This document shows, in pieces, positions 35,081 to 47,010 of a DNA stretch of 64,000 bases (position 1 is its first letter; each line of letters begins with the position of its first letter). The notes beneath the pieces were generated by a model that did no database searches, was not told the origin of the DNA, and saw only the letters and a program-made list of their open reading frames with translations. Where the stretch lies: contig NW_026889805.1 of the NCBI RefSeq assembly GCF_033153115.1, forward strand, positions 14,942,001-15,006,000, written 5' to 3'. A program made the translations under genes and the position numbers. Source of the DNA: Saccostrea echinata. Taxonomy: Eukaryota.

Positions 35081-38000
35081 ATGGCCTGTCCTTATACTCA
35101 TTTGTTTGTTGTTTGTACCAACACTGTATATGTGGTAAGATTTTGTTCTAGTAAAAATAACAAACTATAAATCCGCTAAAAACTAAGCATCTTTGCAAAC
35201 TAGAACTGTTACTCATTATACCTATAATTAAGTTGAATGATTTCTTGAGAATTCTGCATTTAAACAATGCCAGAAGCTTTACCTTTCTTTGAGACTATTT
35301 TCTTTTAAAACCATTATTTTGTTCATTATTTCTTAATTATTTTTACTTCTCCTAAACAGATCCTTTTCCTAGTTCTGGTCGCTGTAGCTTTTACCGTACA
35401 TTTCCTAAAGATCCCAAATGCCCTCGCCCTTTATAAGGGTTCAGTTATTACTGACATCAATGACGTCATACTAGCCACAGGTCTTGGGGACGCAGATTAC
35501 TATGGTGATCGTGACCTGGTGTTGTTTTTGTCCAGTTTCCTGTTGGTGATCTTCATTGCTGGACTGGTGCTCTTAGTTGTAGCATTTACCGGCTGTTATG
35601 CCGGATGCTGCAAATATTCGGCTATCTCCAAACTGGTAAATCTGATTTCATTTTGTGAAAAATATCAAAAAGAATTTTAATTTTGAACTTGAAAAAAATT
35701 TCATTTAAACTGTCAGTATGAATTTGTGTAATTAATTTAAATTCTTAAAGTTATGAAAGCTTAAGATAAAGTATAGAGGTAAAATGTAACTTAAAGGAAT
35801 TTATAGTACTGTGAATTGTTGAAAAATTCAGCCTCTTCCTTTAAAGTACGCAGTGGTCCTTATCCTAATGTTGGTTGTGGAGTTTATGCTGGTGATTGCC
35901 GTATATGGGTTCCCCAACAGTTTGGTAAGATGGTTAAATTAACTCGAAATCAAAAAACTTTAGCATCATACACTACAGATGAATGATATACAACAAAAAA
36001 CGTGCATGTATTTCTCGAATAAAAACTTTACTCTTAAGTAATACTTTTTCATCAAATATGCACTCCCTTTAGTTACCCGAATGGTTGGTTAAAAATTACA
36101 AGTTAATACGTTTTTATGTTATGTTTTATAAAAGGTGATGGGTTCCATCAAATCAACGATGACATCATTTCTCACGTCAAGATACGAGGGACTTGTCGGA
36201 AACAGTACAGAAACATTTGGCTGGAACTTCATTATGTCCAAGGTTAACTTTATGATGATTGAGAGAGGTTTCATTTCAAACTACTTCTTATACACCTTCT
36301 CTTTTATAATGTTTAGACAGTTGTTGATCGTCGTCTCTCCTTATCACTTGTAATCATCAATTTCTCCGGGGTAAGAAAATCATTTTATTCCATTTTGCAA
36401 ACTAATAAGCCAAGATAGAGAAAATTTCTTCAAAATTAAAATAAAAAATGTGTTTCTTTTTTCTTCTATATGTGGAAAAAATTTTCTCTATCTTGGCTTA
36501 GTTGGAGTTTCATCTTTTAAAATAAAATGCTCCTGAACACCTAACAGACAAAATGTATGTTCATAAGAGTACATGTAGTTGAGAAGCTACATAAGGAATT
36601 CACCCTCATATATATCGCAGTTATTTTATATAAGTCCTCTATATAAACCATTTCTTCCAGGCTCGGAGTGAATGGATATGTTGCTATAGTCTTTTGAAAT
36701 TGCAAATCTTTTGAATTTTATTTAAATTTTATTCAAATTTTGTAGCTGAATCAGATTTAAAATGAATGCCAAGAAATTTTTAAGAAGCAGTTCTTAAGAT
36801 TATGTAGTCAAAAATTTTAACAATTTCCGAGCCTTGAAAATAGGAAGAATGTTTATAACGCAAATCTATATTGAGTACCACAACTAAATTTAGAGTTGAA
36901 CAAATTGTTTACATGTAAGTGAGGATTTGTGACAAGATATTATTTATCGTATGTTTTAATGAAGTAAATATTTCTTTCCAGGTTTGTAAACTTTATCATT
37001 TACTTAGTTTCTTTCATATTCCCTAAGGGGTTTATATAGTCTCTTCCTTCACGTTGCATGCTATTAATAATACTTTTCATATTTCATTAAAAAATCCATT
37101 CAAACACATTAACTACTTTTTTCGCGTAAATGTCAACAAAATAAGCATGAATAATTAAAAGAATGTTATTTAGGTAAAGTTTTTAAAATATTTAAATCAA
37201 AGTTAAGTATGAATTATATCTTTCTATTTGTTTTGAGAATAATCTAGCATAAGGGGTTATCAAAAGTTCGTGGACTAGCGCCACAAAATTAAAACCGCTT
37301 TAGGTACATCAATAAATTTTAAGACATTTGGTTACTACCTTCTTTTTCTATAAATAGAATAAACCATAAATCATAAGTTATATTTTTTTAAAATAAATTG
37401 TTAATGTTTTTGTAAGCAATGGTATATATGTCCAGGCGGCGCAACCTCAAATATGAGGTTTTTTTTTTATTTGGGTGTAACTGAGAAAAACCTCATTTGA
37501 TATGAGCATTTGTCATAAAAAATTCCGTTAATTCAGGCATGTAGTACGAAACAATTTTTCCGTAAAATTTGAAATTTTTACCCCATTCTGTATCTTCAAT
37601 GAAATTTTATCGTAAATTTTATATGGAGTGTCCAAACAATAAAGGGTTTGAAAATGACGTCAAAAAGTGGGAGGGTTTTCTTTTTCCAACATTCTATAAA
37701 GTTTTGCACCTGGAAAAACTGGTATAGACCTAGGGGATGTTTAAACGGGCTACAGAAAAATAAAATACATCCAAAAGTACTTGTTTTTAAATGCCCAAAA
37801 AGATTCAGAGAGATGAAAGATGCACAGTTAATGTTGATTTGTAGTCAGGGTGTCAAACGTCAGTCACGTCGAAATGTGTTGTAGAGATTGAACTCCAATC
37901 AGGTAAGTATTCTATCATAATCAAGTGAGAATCTTTTTCTATGTATAAATCCATTTACAATATTAGTATGCATTGAAAGCAGCTGTTCGTGACATGGTAA

Positions 38001-40827
38001 AGTCATGAAAACAAGACGGGTTTAAGTTCTTACTTAACTCCAGGGAATCTCATTAAGATAAGTGTATGAGGTAGAGAGAGCTGACATTGAGAAACAATGA
38101 CGTTGTCGGAAGTCATGAAACTAGACGGCGACAGCGCCGGGTGATCATATAATGTTTTTTTTTTAAAATAATTTGCCAAATTTATCAACGTATCAAGCTA
38201 AAATTTTCAACATTTCTTAAACTTTTGTTGTTTTATGTTACTTATAAATTTTGCAAGCACAGACTACATACACATGTAGTATTGATTTTATCCCAGCCTG
38301 TCAGTCCACAAACTTTTTGATAACCCCTCGTAAACCCTTTCTCCCCTAATTGATTCACAAAGTTAAAGTTACATGCAACAAATTCTAAATCAGACGAACT
38401 AATAAATTTTATAATTTGGAATGGCTTGTGTTGTTAATCAGATTATTGCATTAGTATAAGCAGGAATATTCTTAATTAACACATGCTTTCATACTAACAT
38501 ATATACGTGTATTCAGATAGACATATATAATAAATTGTTTAGAATAATACTGAATAAATTTTGTTCCTTTTGTTCTCCTTGTAAAGCAAAGGGCGTAATC
38601 TTGCTTAAAATTACATGACAATGAATACTTTTTCATCTAATTAAAAAGATATTATTTCATCAAACCACGGCTTCTCGTCAGTGCCTGAACCTATGGCAAG
38701 CCCTTTTGCTATTTAGTCGGAAATAAGATATCTCTTAAAATTACAGAAATGCCTCTTATTTTAGAGAGATATCTCTTAAAAACAGAGATATCTCTCAACT
38801 TAAGAGATATCTGTCTAAGAAAGAGATATCTCTTTCACTTAGAGAGTGTACCAGTAATATATATAAAAAAAATTTATCTTACAGAATTTTACCTTACATA
38901 GGTACAGAAATCCAGAATGAAAATGTATGATTATAGAACTGGACATCTGTTCTTGTAAAGTATCATTGGGACTTAGGTTTCTGTAATGAACAATTCAGAA
39001 ATAGCTATATTTGTTACAAACTCAAGAGACATGTACTATGTCAGAGAACAGGTCCTGTTTCCACGATATTGTTTAGGTATTTACTTAAAATACATATTAT
39101 AATCTACACACATTGTAACGAAAAACACAATTTACACTTTCGCTTCTGTTAGGGCATATTATAGGTTCCTATATACATACAAAAATAAAACCTTAAAACA
39201 ATCTGCATTATGTCAAATTCATATGCGGATGTCTAGATTTAGAACAGGTATGAATTTCTTCATTTCCTGATACTGAGTTCAAATCTGGGTCACAATAACG
39301 ACCTACAGTTTTAACAAAGATAAAATCAAAGTTTCTATAAAGTAAAGCAAATTTCCAAGAGCATTCATCAGTTTTATTTTCTTGTTTGTATATGAAATGA
39401 TCGGTGACAATGCTAATTCAATGCTCATAAATGCTGGTCTACGTCGTTATTTATTGGAGATACATAATGGAATAGCTTTATTTGTGGTTGATACCTTAAC
39501 TGTAGGTTTACTGTTTTTGATTCTCAAAGCAAACTTCATGGAGACAGTTATTTTGTTTTAACTCAGATCGTCGCCATTAAATAACAGATTATTAGATTTA
39601 TTTATCACCTGTTTAAGCGGAAATTCATAATTTATTGAAGACATTTACCCCTCATGATTGTCAGGAAAGGGAGACTTAATAATAAAATTATGGTTGTTAG
39701 ATAAAATGTTTACCATGTTTAATTCATGAATGTTATTATTACTTCGTGGTTGCTAATTTGCGAGCATAATCTAAAACTTATTAACTTAAATTTAAAGATG
39801 CACATGTATTTGACGAAGCAGTCTTAAACCGCATGTGATCTCATTTACCTAAAAAAAACAACATGCAAAGCAAGTAATAACAAAATAAAACAAAAAGGCA
39901 ACCTGAAGTGTGAAATAGACATATACCTATTAACATCAATGATATCTATCAGTATAATGTTTTCAGAAAGGTTGGAAATGTTAGAAACTTCCCAGCTATT
40001 TTCCGTTCAGTAAAATGGTATACAGTTGTCTTGCATTTCATTTTAGTATCAATGTTGTGGTGTTTATGGATACAATGATTTCAAGGGGACAAATCATTGG
40101 AAGTCTAATGTTGTCGCCAAGGGAAATCTATATACATTGAAAATCCCAATTGTGTGTTGTGATCAACTTCCTACTTCCGGGAATTTGACATGCGCAGAAG
40201 CTACCACCGGAATCAATGCAAATAAGGTACAAAAGAGAATGAAACACAATAATATAGCATATTTGTGAGCATCGCAAGTAGTTAACATAGGTTAAAAATA
40301 TTTTCTTTCACAGGGATGCTTTGAAGAGTTATGGAACGTGTCTTTGGGAAGCCCCCCAGTTGCTATTCTGGCCCTAGGAGTGGGGTTGATTTTACAAGTG
40401 AGTGTAAATATTTGCAGTCATCAGTATTCTTAAATTTCTTGGTAGTATTTTTTTTCAGCAGAACTGTAGGTGAAAGCTAAGATATATTCTTTTTGATCAA
40501 GCAAAGTAAAATGAATACAGAATTATTTCATATATTTAGTTAATTATTTATATAAAATTAGCTGGAACAGGAAACCAATTTTCTTTGGTACATGTACTCA
40601 ATTACATCCTTTCTTTGACATTTTATAATGGTGCTTATTCTCTGTTTTCCGCTCATCCTTAAAATAAAATGATAAATAAGGTTTTCCTTTTAAGGCCCTT
40701 TGTCTTTCCATTAAATGGAATACAAACAATTATTTTTCAGCTTTCACTAATTTTTGCTGCGTTTAATTTATCGGACAAAGACAAGAAGGGAAGAGTTGAA
40801 CCACACCTTGACAAGTGGAACAAGTAG
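35081..40827 (+). CDS. Tetraspanin (paralog B), 288 aa
   Basis: Exons 35081-35134, 35360-35635, 35847-35924, 36135-36242, 40047-40226, 40314-40397, 40741-40827; all phase 0; 867 nt open. Motifs TGCYAGCC, GWNFIM, YQCCG, PIVCC, GCF. Exon structure mirrors paralog A. Confidence 0.92.
37250..38330 (+). mobile_element. Internally deleted mariner-like transposon in tetraspanin B intron 4
   Basis: TIRs (C/T)(G/A)AGGGGTTATCAAAAG..GTGGACT / AGTCCACAAACTTTTTGATAACCCCTCG|TA. Internal QHSIKFC resembles a mariner transposase N-terminus (QR.VIKFC), then frameshifts. Confidence 0.7.
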
Positions 40828-41157
40828 TGACATATTGACTGAATGTCATTGATTGATCCATACAGCATGAAAAAAAAAGGAATTGTATTAGTTTTGTTAT
40901 TGTTAAAGTTTTGATGAATATTGAAATTGTTTGTTGTAAGTTATTATAGTTTATAAATTATACTTTGTTTTTATCAAAACACAGGACGAGTGTTTTGATG
41001 ACTTGGTTGTTACATATGAGAAAATAAACTTGCGTATTCTAATAGTCTTGTGGTGAAAACTCCATGTATTACCCCAGAATACAAATCTAATATCCAGAGA
41101 GAGGAAAGACTTTTAGGATAAAGCAATTTCAGTCAAAATCAATAAAGTGTAAGTAAG

Positions 41158-41325
41158 NNNNNNNNNNNNNNNNNNNNNNNNNNNNNNNNNNNNNNNNNNN
41201 NNNNNNNNNNNNNNNNNNNNNNNNNNNNNNNNNNNNNNNNNNNNNNNNNNNNNNNNNNNNNNNNNNNNNNNNNNNNNNNNNNNNNNNNNNNNNNNNNNNN
41301 NNNNNNNNNNNNNNNNNNNNNNNNN
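41158..41325. other. Assembly gap
   Basis: Run of N. Confidence 1.
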
Positions 41326-43249
41326 GTAACTCAGTTATAAGCTTGTTGTGTAGGTTTTTTTTTTGTTTTGTTTTTTTTAAAAACTGTGGCTTAATTTATT
41401 CAATGTTTTCTTACATCTTCACTAATTTGTCAATTTAAGATACAAGATTCTTTGTATGCCTAATTTTTTAAGGCTTTTTTCTGTGTAAAATTACAACGCA
41501 TGGTTTCTCTTACTCTTCTGTAACTGAAGGGAGTTTATTTTTTTATCCAAATAACAACGAGCCATTCTTACTTAAGATGATTGATAATCATGATAATTTG
41601 ATAAAATTCAAAAATAGCAGTTATATGACAAGATGAAGCTGAAAAATCAATCAAGCTTTGTTGTACTGACATATCTTGAGTAAACTGTTCCTCAGTATTA
41701 TAAACAGTTAATCCTGAAATCATTAAATGATCTCCTATGTGTAGTCATGCATAAAAAGGGTCATGAAGTATATTTCAAAGGTTCCAATAGCGTTATTTGA
41801 CTGGCACTCGCCCAATTTCCAAATTGAATTTTATTGCTAGACATAAAATATGCAGGAGTACTGTAGTTTTGCTTCTCTTAAAGTGCAGTTATAAAATGCG
41901 TTCAGTTAATTTCGTACATTTTATTAACTGCATTGATTAATGACTGATTTTCAATGTATATTAGAAACAGAGGTAAAATTTCAAGTCATTACTCTTGTAA
42001 AATGTTAACAATTTCGTTTTTTGATATGATTTCGAATTTTTTTCTCAGCATTTCATCCTTGAAAAACATTTTTGTAATCTAGTATTTGAAAACACGAAAC
42101 AAAACAAACATATAAAAAGAGTTTTCACATGGTCTCTAAGTCATGTTGCAAAATCAGAGATGCAGAAATCAAAAAAGACCTGTAACCATAAAGACTTGGA
42201 TTGATATATATTTTTTGACTGATTTTGATTAGAAATGACATAAATAATAAATCCCTAAAATGTAAAGAAATCGTAAGTTTTCTTTGGTATTTAGATGTGC
42301 GACTTTTTATGTAATTCTATACACAATTTTTGCACAATTTTTTAACATTGTGACAAAATCGTATAAAAATCTCCCACTTTCCTTTGCAAACATTATTCAG
42401 GTCATATATTTGATTATAAATCTATGAAAAATATTGCTGATTTGTGAAAAAAGTTTGTTTGAGTTATTTATCCTTAAAGTTTAGAGAGGAGATGGTAAAA
42501 TATTACTGGGAAAATCAGTGTGTTTCTTATTCGTTGGGGATTTGGTAAACTTTCGACACTGTCCTCCTGTTTTTTCAGTCTGAGATTTTATTTAATTCCA
42601 GCATTACTGTCATGTGGCTGAAATGTATTTAACACGTGACGAAGCTGATTTATTATTTATATCAAGGTCTTTAACAATTAAGGCGTAAATATCACTACGT
42701 TATCTTGATTTAATGATGCATGAATACAACACAATAATTAAACCTATCAGCTACACTGTTACTGGAAAAGAAAAAATGTATTATACATTCGTATAATAAT
42801 AATCATGTTTTTGGCAACCTATCGTGCCTCATGAAAAACATATAAAGTAAAATTAATGTTGTGGCTGTGTTTCTACACAGAAGATATATCTATTCATATA
42901 TCTATTTTGTGCAGAGAGAAAATAATTAGCCACAGAATAATTATTAATGAAAATTGCAAAAATGATTTGTAAACAAGGTATTCTTAGATACATAAAGAAA
43001 GGAAAAAAAAGAAAGAAAACATTAAAGTAAAATACGAGATGCGTTACCATTCAGTTTGTGCTGTACTCGTTTTACTTTGTATGTTCAGAAAATTGTATAA
43101 AAAAAGTCTAGAAAAGCGAAAAATTTGATTAATTAAATAAGGCCACGCCTTAGCTCACATTTAACCACCTGGGGTAATATGAATATGTTCAGAAATTATT
43201 TTCATTATTGTGTGCTTAGCTTCAACAAGGACAAGGTACGGTAACGATG

Positions 43250-44320
43250 AAAAAGGTGAAGAAAACGAACAGTAATAAAAAAAAATCTACACAAATACAA
43301 ATCTGTGAAAAGGACATAAAACACGGACAAAATCCAGAAGGTAGATCAGGTGCCTAGGAGAAGTAAACATCTCCTGTCTACCGGTCACACCTGCCGGGGG
43401 CCCCAAGCAATTATCAGGTAGACGGAACATTTTGTAGTCATATTTAGTATAACAACAAAGACCAAACAATTGGTATGAAACAAGACAGCCAAAATTCGAC
43501 CCAGTGATAGGTTATATTTACTAACAAGGTCATTATAACGATCATAGATTTTACGAAATGCTGACTTTAAACGAGGTTGTTGAAATCTCTGTAACATCAA
43601 CTTATCTGTCAGTAGCTTGCCTCTTTTTAAAAATTGATCGTACCTAGAGTATGCTCTTGAGTATCGAATACGTTTGGAGACGTAAACATCATATGTAGGT
43701 GATAGTTGAATATTAGCTGAAGTCATCTCGTTTTTCATACAATTAGTTGCTAGTTGGCCCTTACTGTCTGTAGTCAGTAAAACATCCAATATGAAACAGG
43801 TGTTGCAGATTCTGTGGTGTCAAATTCACTGGTATATAGAGTCGACATATGAATGGAGGTACTCTGTTACTAGTGTTAATAGATAAAACATCATCCATAT
43901 ATCTGAATGTCGAGTTGGAGTCCACAGCAAATGTTTTCTTCCTCTCATGTAGAAGTTTTTGAATAAATTCTGTCTCATAGGAATATACAAACAAGAAGCA
44001 CAAAACGGATCGCTAACAGAAAAAACGCGTATCCCTGGAAACACCAGAGGAGGGATCAGGTGCCTATAAGGAGAAACACTCTTCATGAGAAGAAAACTCC
44101 TGCTGTGGCCTTCAACTGATATTTAATATATGTATGACGTTTTATCAATTAGCAATGGTTGCTTTCATTCATATGTCGACTTCATATATCCCAGTAAACT
44201 CGAAATAAAAGATACTACATAATTTCATATTTGATTGTTTTACTGTCTATAGACAATAATGGCCAACTACATTTTTTTGTAATAACTAAACTGTATGACA
44301 AACGGGATGACTTCAGCTCA
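43250..44320. mobile_element. Rearranged Penelope-like element: minus-strand RT-to-tail fragment, extra tail piece, and an inverted plus-strand RT fragment
   Basis: Minus ORFs YSYETEFIQKLLHE..NSTFRYMDDVLSIN and YVSKRIRYSRAYSRYDQFLKRGKLLTDKLM, with the tail at ~43250-43400. Second tail at ~44010-44085 (-). 44084-44320 (+) repeats the ~43720-43950 RT segment in opposite orientation. Confidence 0.8.
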
Positions 44321-44795
44321 ACATAATGCAAACTTGATCTATAACTCATTAATGTAGACTCACATACCAAAAATCAGCTCAATATCTATCTGCAAGCATT
44401 TAGAAAAAAATGTGCGGAAAACCCTTAAAAATCAAAATGACTGCAATTCTCTCAAAAATCCAAACTTGATCTGTAACTCAAGAAGATACACTCCCATACC
44501 AAAAATCAGCTCAATATCAGCAAGCGTTTAGAAAAAAAAGTGCGGAAATACTTAAAAAATTTAAAAAGACCCTCAAAGGTCATTGAAGCGGAACGAAATC
44601 CAAACTTCAAATACCTACATAGCGAAAATCAGCTCAATATCTGCAAGCATTTAGAAAAAAAGTGCGGAAAACCAAGTAGGACAGACTGACAGACAGACGG
44701 ATGGACAGACAGACAGACAGATAGATAGCTAGAAGGACGGACAGACGAGGAAGAAACCTATAGTTCCCTACGGTTTCACCAGTAGGGGACTAACA
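44320..44795 (-). mobile_element. HINE/pearl-like non-autonomous element with 3 internal repeats
   Basis: Three AAAATCAGCTCAATATC..CAAGCATTTAGAAAAAAAGTGCGGAAA units, a (GACA)n microsatellite, and terminal hairpin TAGTTCCCTACGGTTTCACCAGTAGGGGACTA. Confidence 0.65.
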
Positions 44796-45844
44796 ATACA
44801 TGCGTAAAATGAAGACATTTACTACATCAGGGTCTGTGTACAGATATAAATAAAAAAAAATAAGTTATTTAGTTAACACGCATTGATTTTGTATAATACA
44901 TGTATGAATATTATTCTGCTGCATTATCTTATTAATGTCTTTGTAGAGGACTATATACGAATTTCACACAAAACATTATAGTAATTTGGTTGTTTATGTT
45001 GTATAATATCCATCTGCATCCTTTCTCATAAGCAATTTGCAAATTAAGCAGGCAACAAAGTTGATAATTATTATTTTTTTTCTATGTTTTCAATATTTGA
45101 AGTTTATATTGATGTCAAACAAGGACAATCGTTAAATACCGATTAAGAAATTTAATTTCATTTATCTATTCACTTACAAATTTATTTCTTAAAGAAAAAA
45201 AATGATATTATGATTTAACACATAACGAGAATTTAGATTTATTCTAGACCGATAGAAAAGTATATGATTTTTAAACGGTTAGGAAATTTTATTTTTTAAT
45301 CAGTAATGAAAATTGAAATATAATTCTATTTTTCTTCTCTCATTGAACAGCTAAAAAATAATGTACTTATTTTATCAATATTTTGTCGTTTTATTGATAA
45401 TTTAAATCATTCTTTTTTTAATCAAATCAATGGCCAGCAATTATCACCTAAATTTAAACTGAGTTTGCGGAGACTATGTGTATGTACATGCTTGACCACA
45501 GCCTATTGTTTCCCTTAGGTAGAAAACCCTCTCAAATCACATAGAATATACAAAAAATACACAGTAGCAAGTGTTTTCGCGACACGTGTCTCCACCTGTG
45601 GCACGTGAGAACAGGTACCCGCGATTACAAGGGTCAGCTCAATCTGACCAGTTTACACTGATTTTTATGAAATTAAAAGTTGTATTAAATCTTCTCTGTT
45701 AATTCCAATTCACGTATCTATATGACTTTTACCGAGACGAAAATGTTAAAAATTATTTAATTTGGGTTTACGGTCACAGAATGTTCAATTTTATTACACA
45801 GAATTACACTAACAGTTTTCTTATTATTCTTTTGATACAAAAAT

Positions 45845-46381
45845 GATACATAGCGGGTTCCAGTAAATGTTCTACCAAGCCTCTTTCTTTACTTCTCACT
45901 AAAATATTAACAGTAGTGAAGGAGAAACTTCAGGAGTACTGTGCAACAATATATTTAAGAAGTGATGTAAATCAGATGTGGATACTTAAAAATTCCAAGG
46001 AACTTTTGGAAAATTTGAAATCACAAATTTTTACCAAAATCAACAACATAAAAACTTACGACTTTTCAACACTTTATACAACCATTTCCCACGATAAGTT
46101 AAAGTCCAGGCTTTTTGATATCATTGACAGCTGTTTTTTTTCAATAAAAATGGAACTCGTTAATTTACTTACCTAGTCATTGGTCGTTTGCAAAATTATT
46201 TTGTTAAAAAACATTCTGATTGTACATACAAACACTCTGAAGATGATATTAAAAAGATGCTTGAGTTTCTGATTGACAATATCTTTGTGGTTTTTGGAGA
46301 CCAGGTCTTTCAACAATCTATTGGAATTTCCATGGGTACCAATTGCGCCCAGTTATTAGCAGACCTATTTTTTGTATTCAT
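45845..46381 (+). mobile_element. Penelope-like RT fragment
   Basis: AGSSKCSTKPLS..NQMWILKNSKELLE..IKTYDFSTLYTTISHDKLK, frameshift, then FQQSIGISMGTNCAQLLADLF. Confidence 0.88.
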
Positions 46382-46619
46382 ATTCCATGTCGGGAATCTA
46401 CGTGGAAACCACTACTGCATGTTTCCACGGTTTCCCATATTGGGTAACTTACGGGAAACCACAGGTTGGTTGTTTCCATATAGGGAATCTACTTGGAAAC
46501 CACTATGTGGTTTCCATAAAATGGAAACTATATGGAAACTACTGATGTCACGATTCCCATATGTTTCCATCGGGAAACCTGGCTTTTCATCCTATGTATA
46601 ATTTCAGCCAAACTCTGTC

Positions 46620-47010
46620 GCTTCAGGCAAATGGCTCGGATCAAAGGGTTTCTAGAAAGTAAGCACTACGAGTCATTGACTTTTATTCCAGGTGGGATTA
46701 GAACAGAATTAATATGGTGGATAAACCAATTCGAAATTTCAAATGGGAAATCAATCATAGCCTCAAACCTATCAATGATTCTTACATCAGATGCCTCAGG
46801 CCTAGCATGCGGGGCCATCTACAAAACACAGAAAGGTTTTAGTCCCCAATAGATAAATCCTATGACATAAATGCAAAGAAACTCTTGACAGCATTTTAGC
46901 ACTTCAATTATTCTCAATTCAAAGAGAAATATTCATAAAATTAGACGACGTACCAACTGTAGCACACATAAACACAATTGGTGGAACAAAAATAAATTAG
47001 TAAATCATCT
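46620..47010 (+). mobile_element. DIRS/Ngaro-type retrotransposon RNase H remnant
   Basis: ELIWW..NGKSI..ILTSDASGLACGA, then decayed (H)INAKELL and VAHINTIGGTK motifs typical of DIRS RNase H. Confidence 0.7.
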
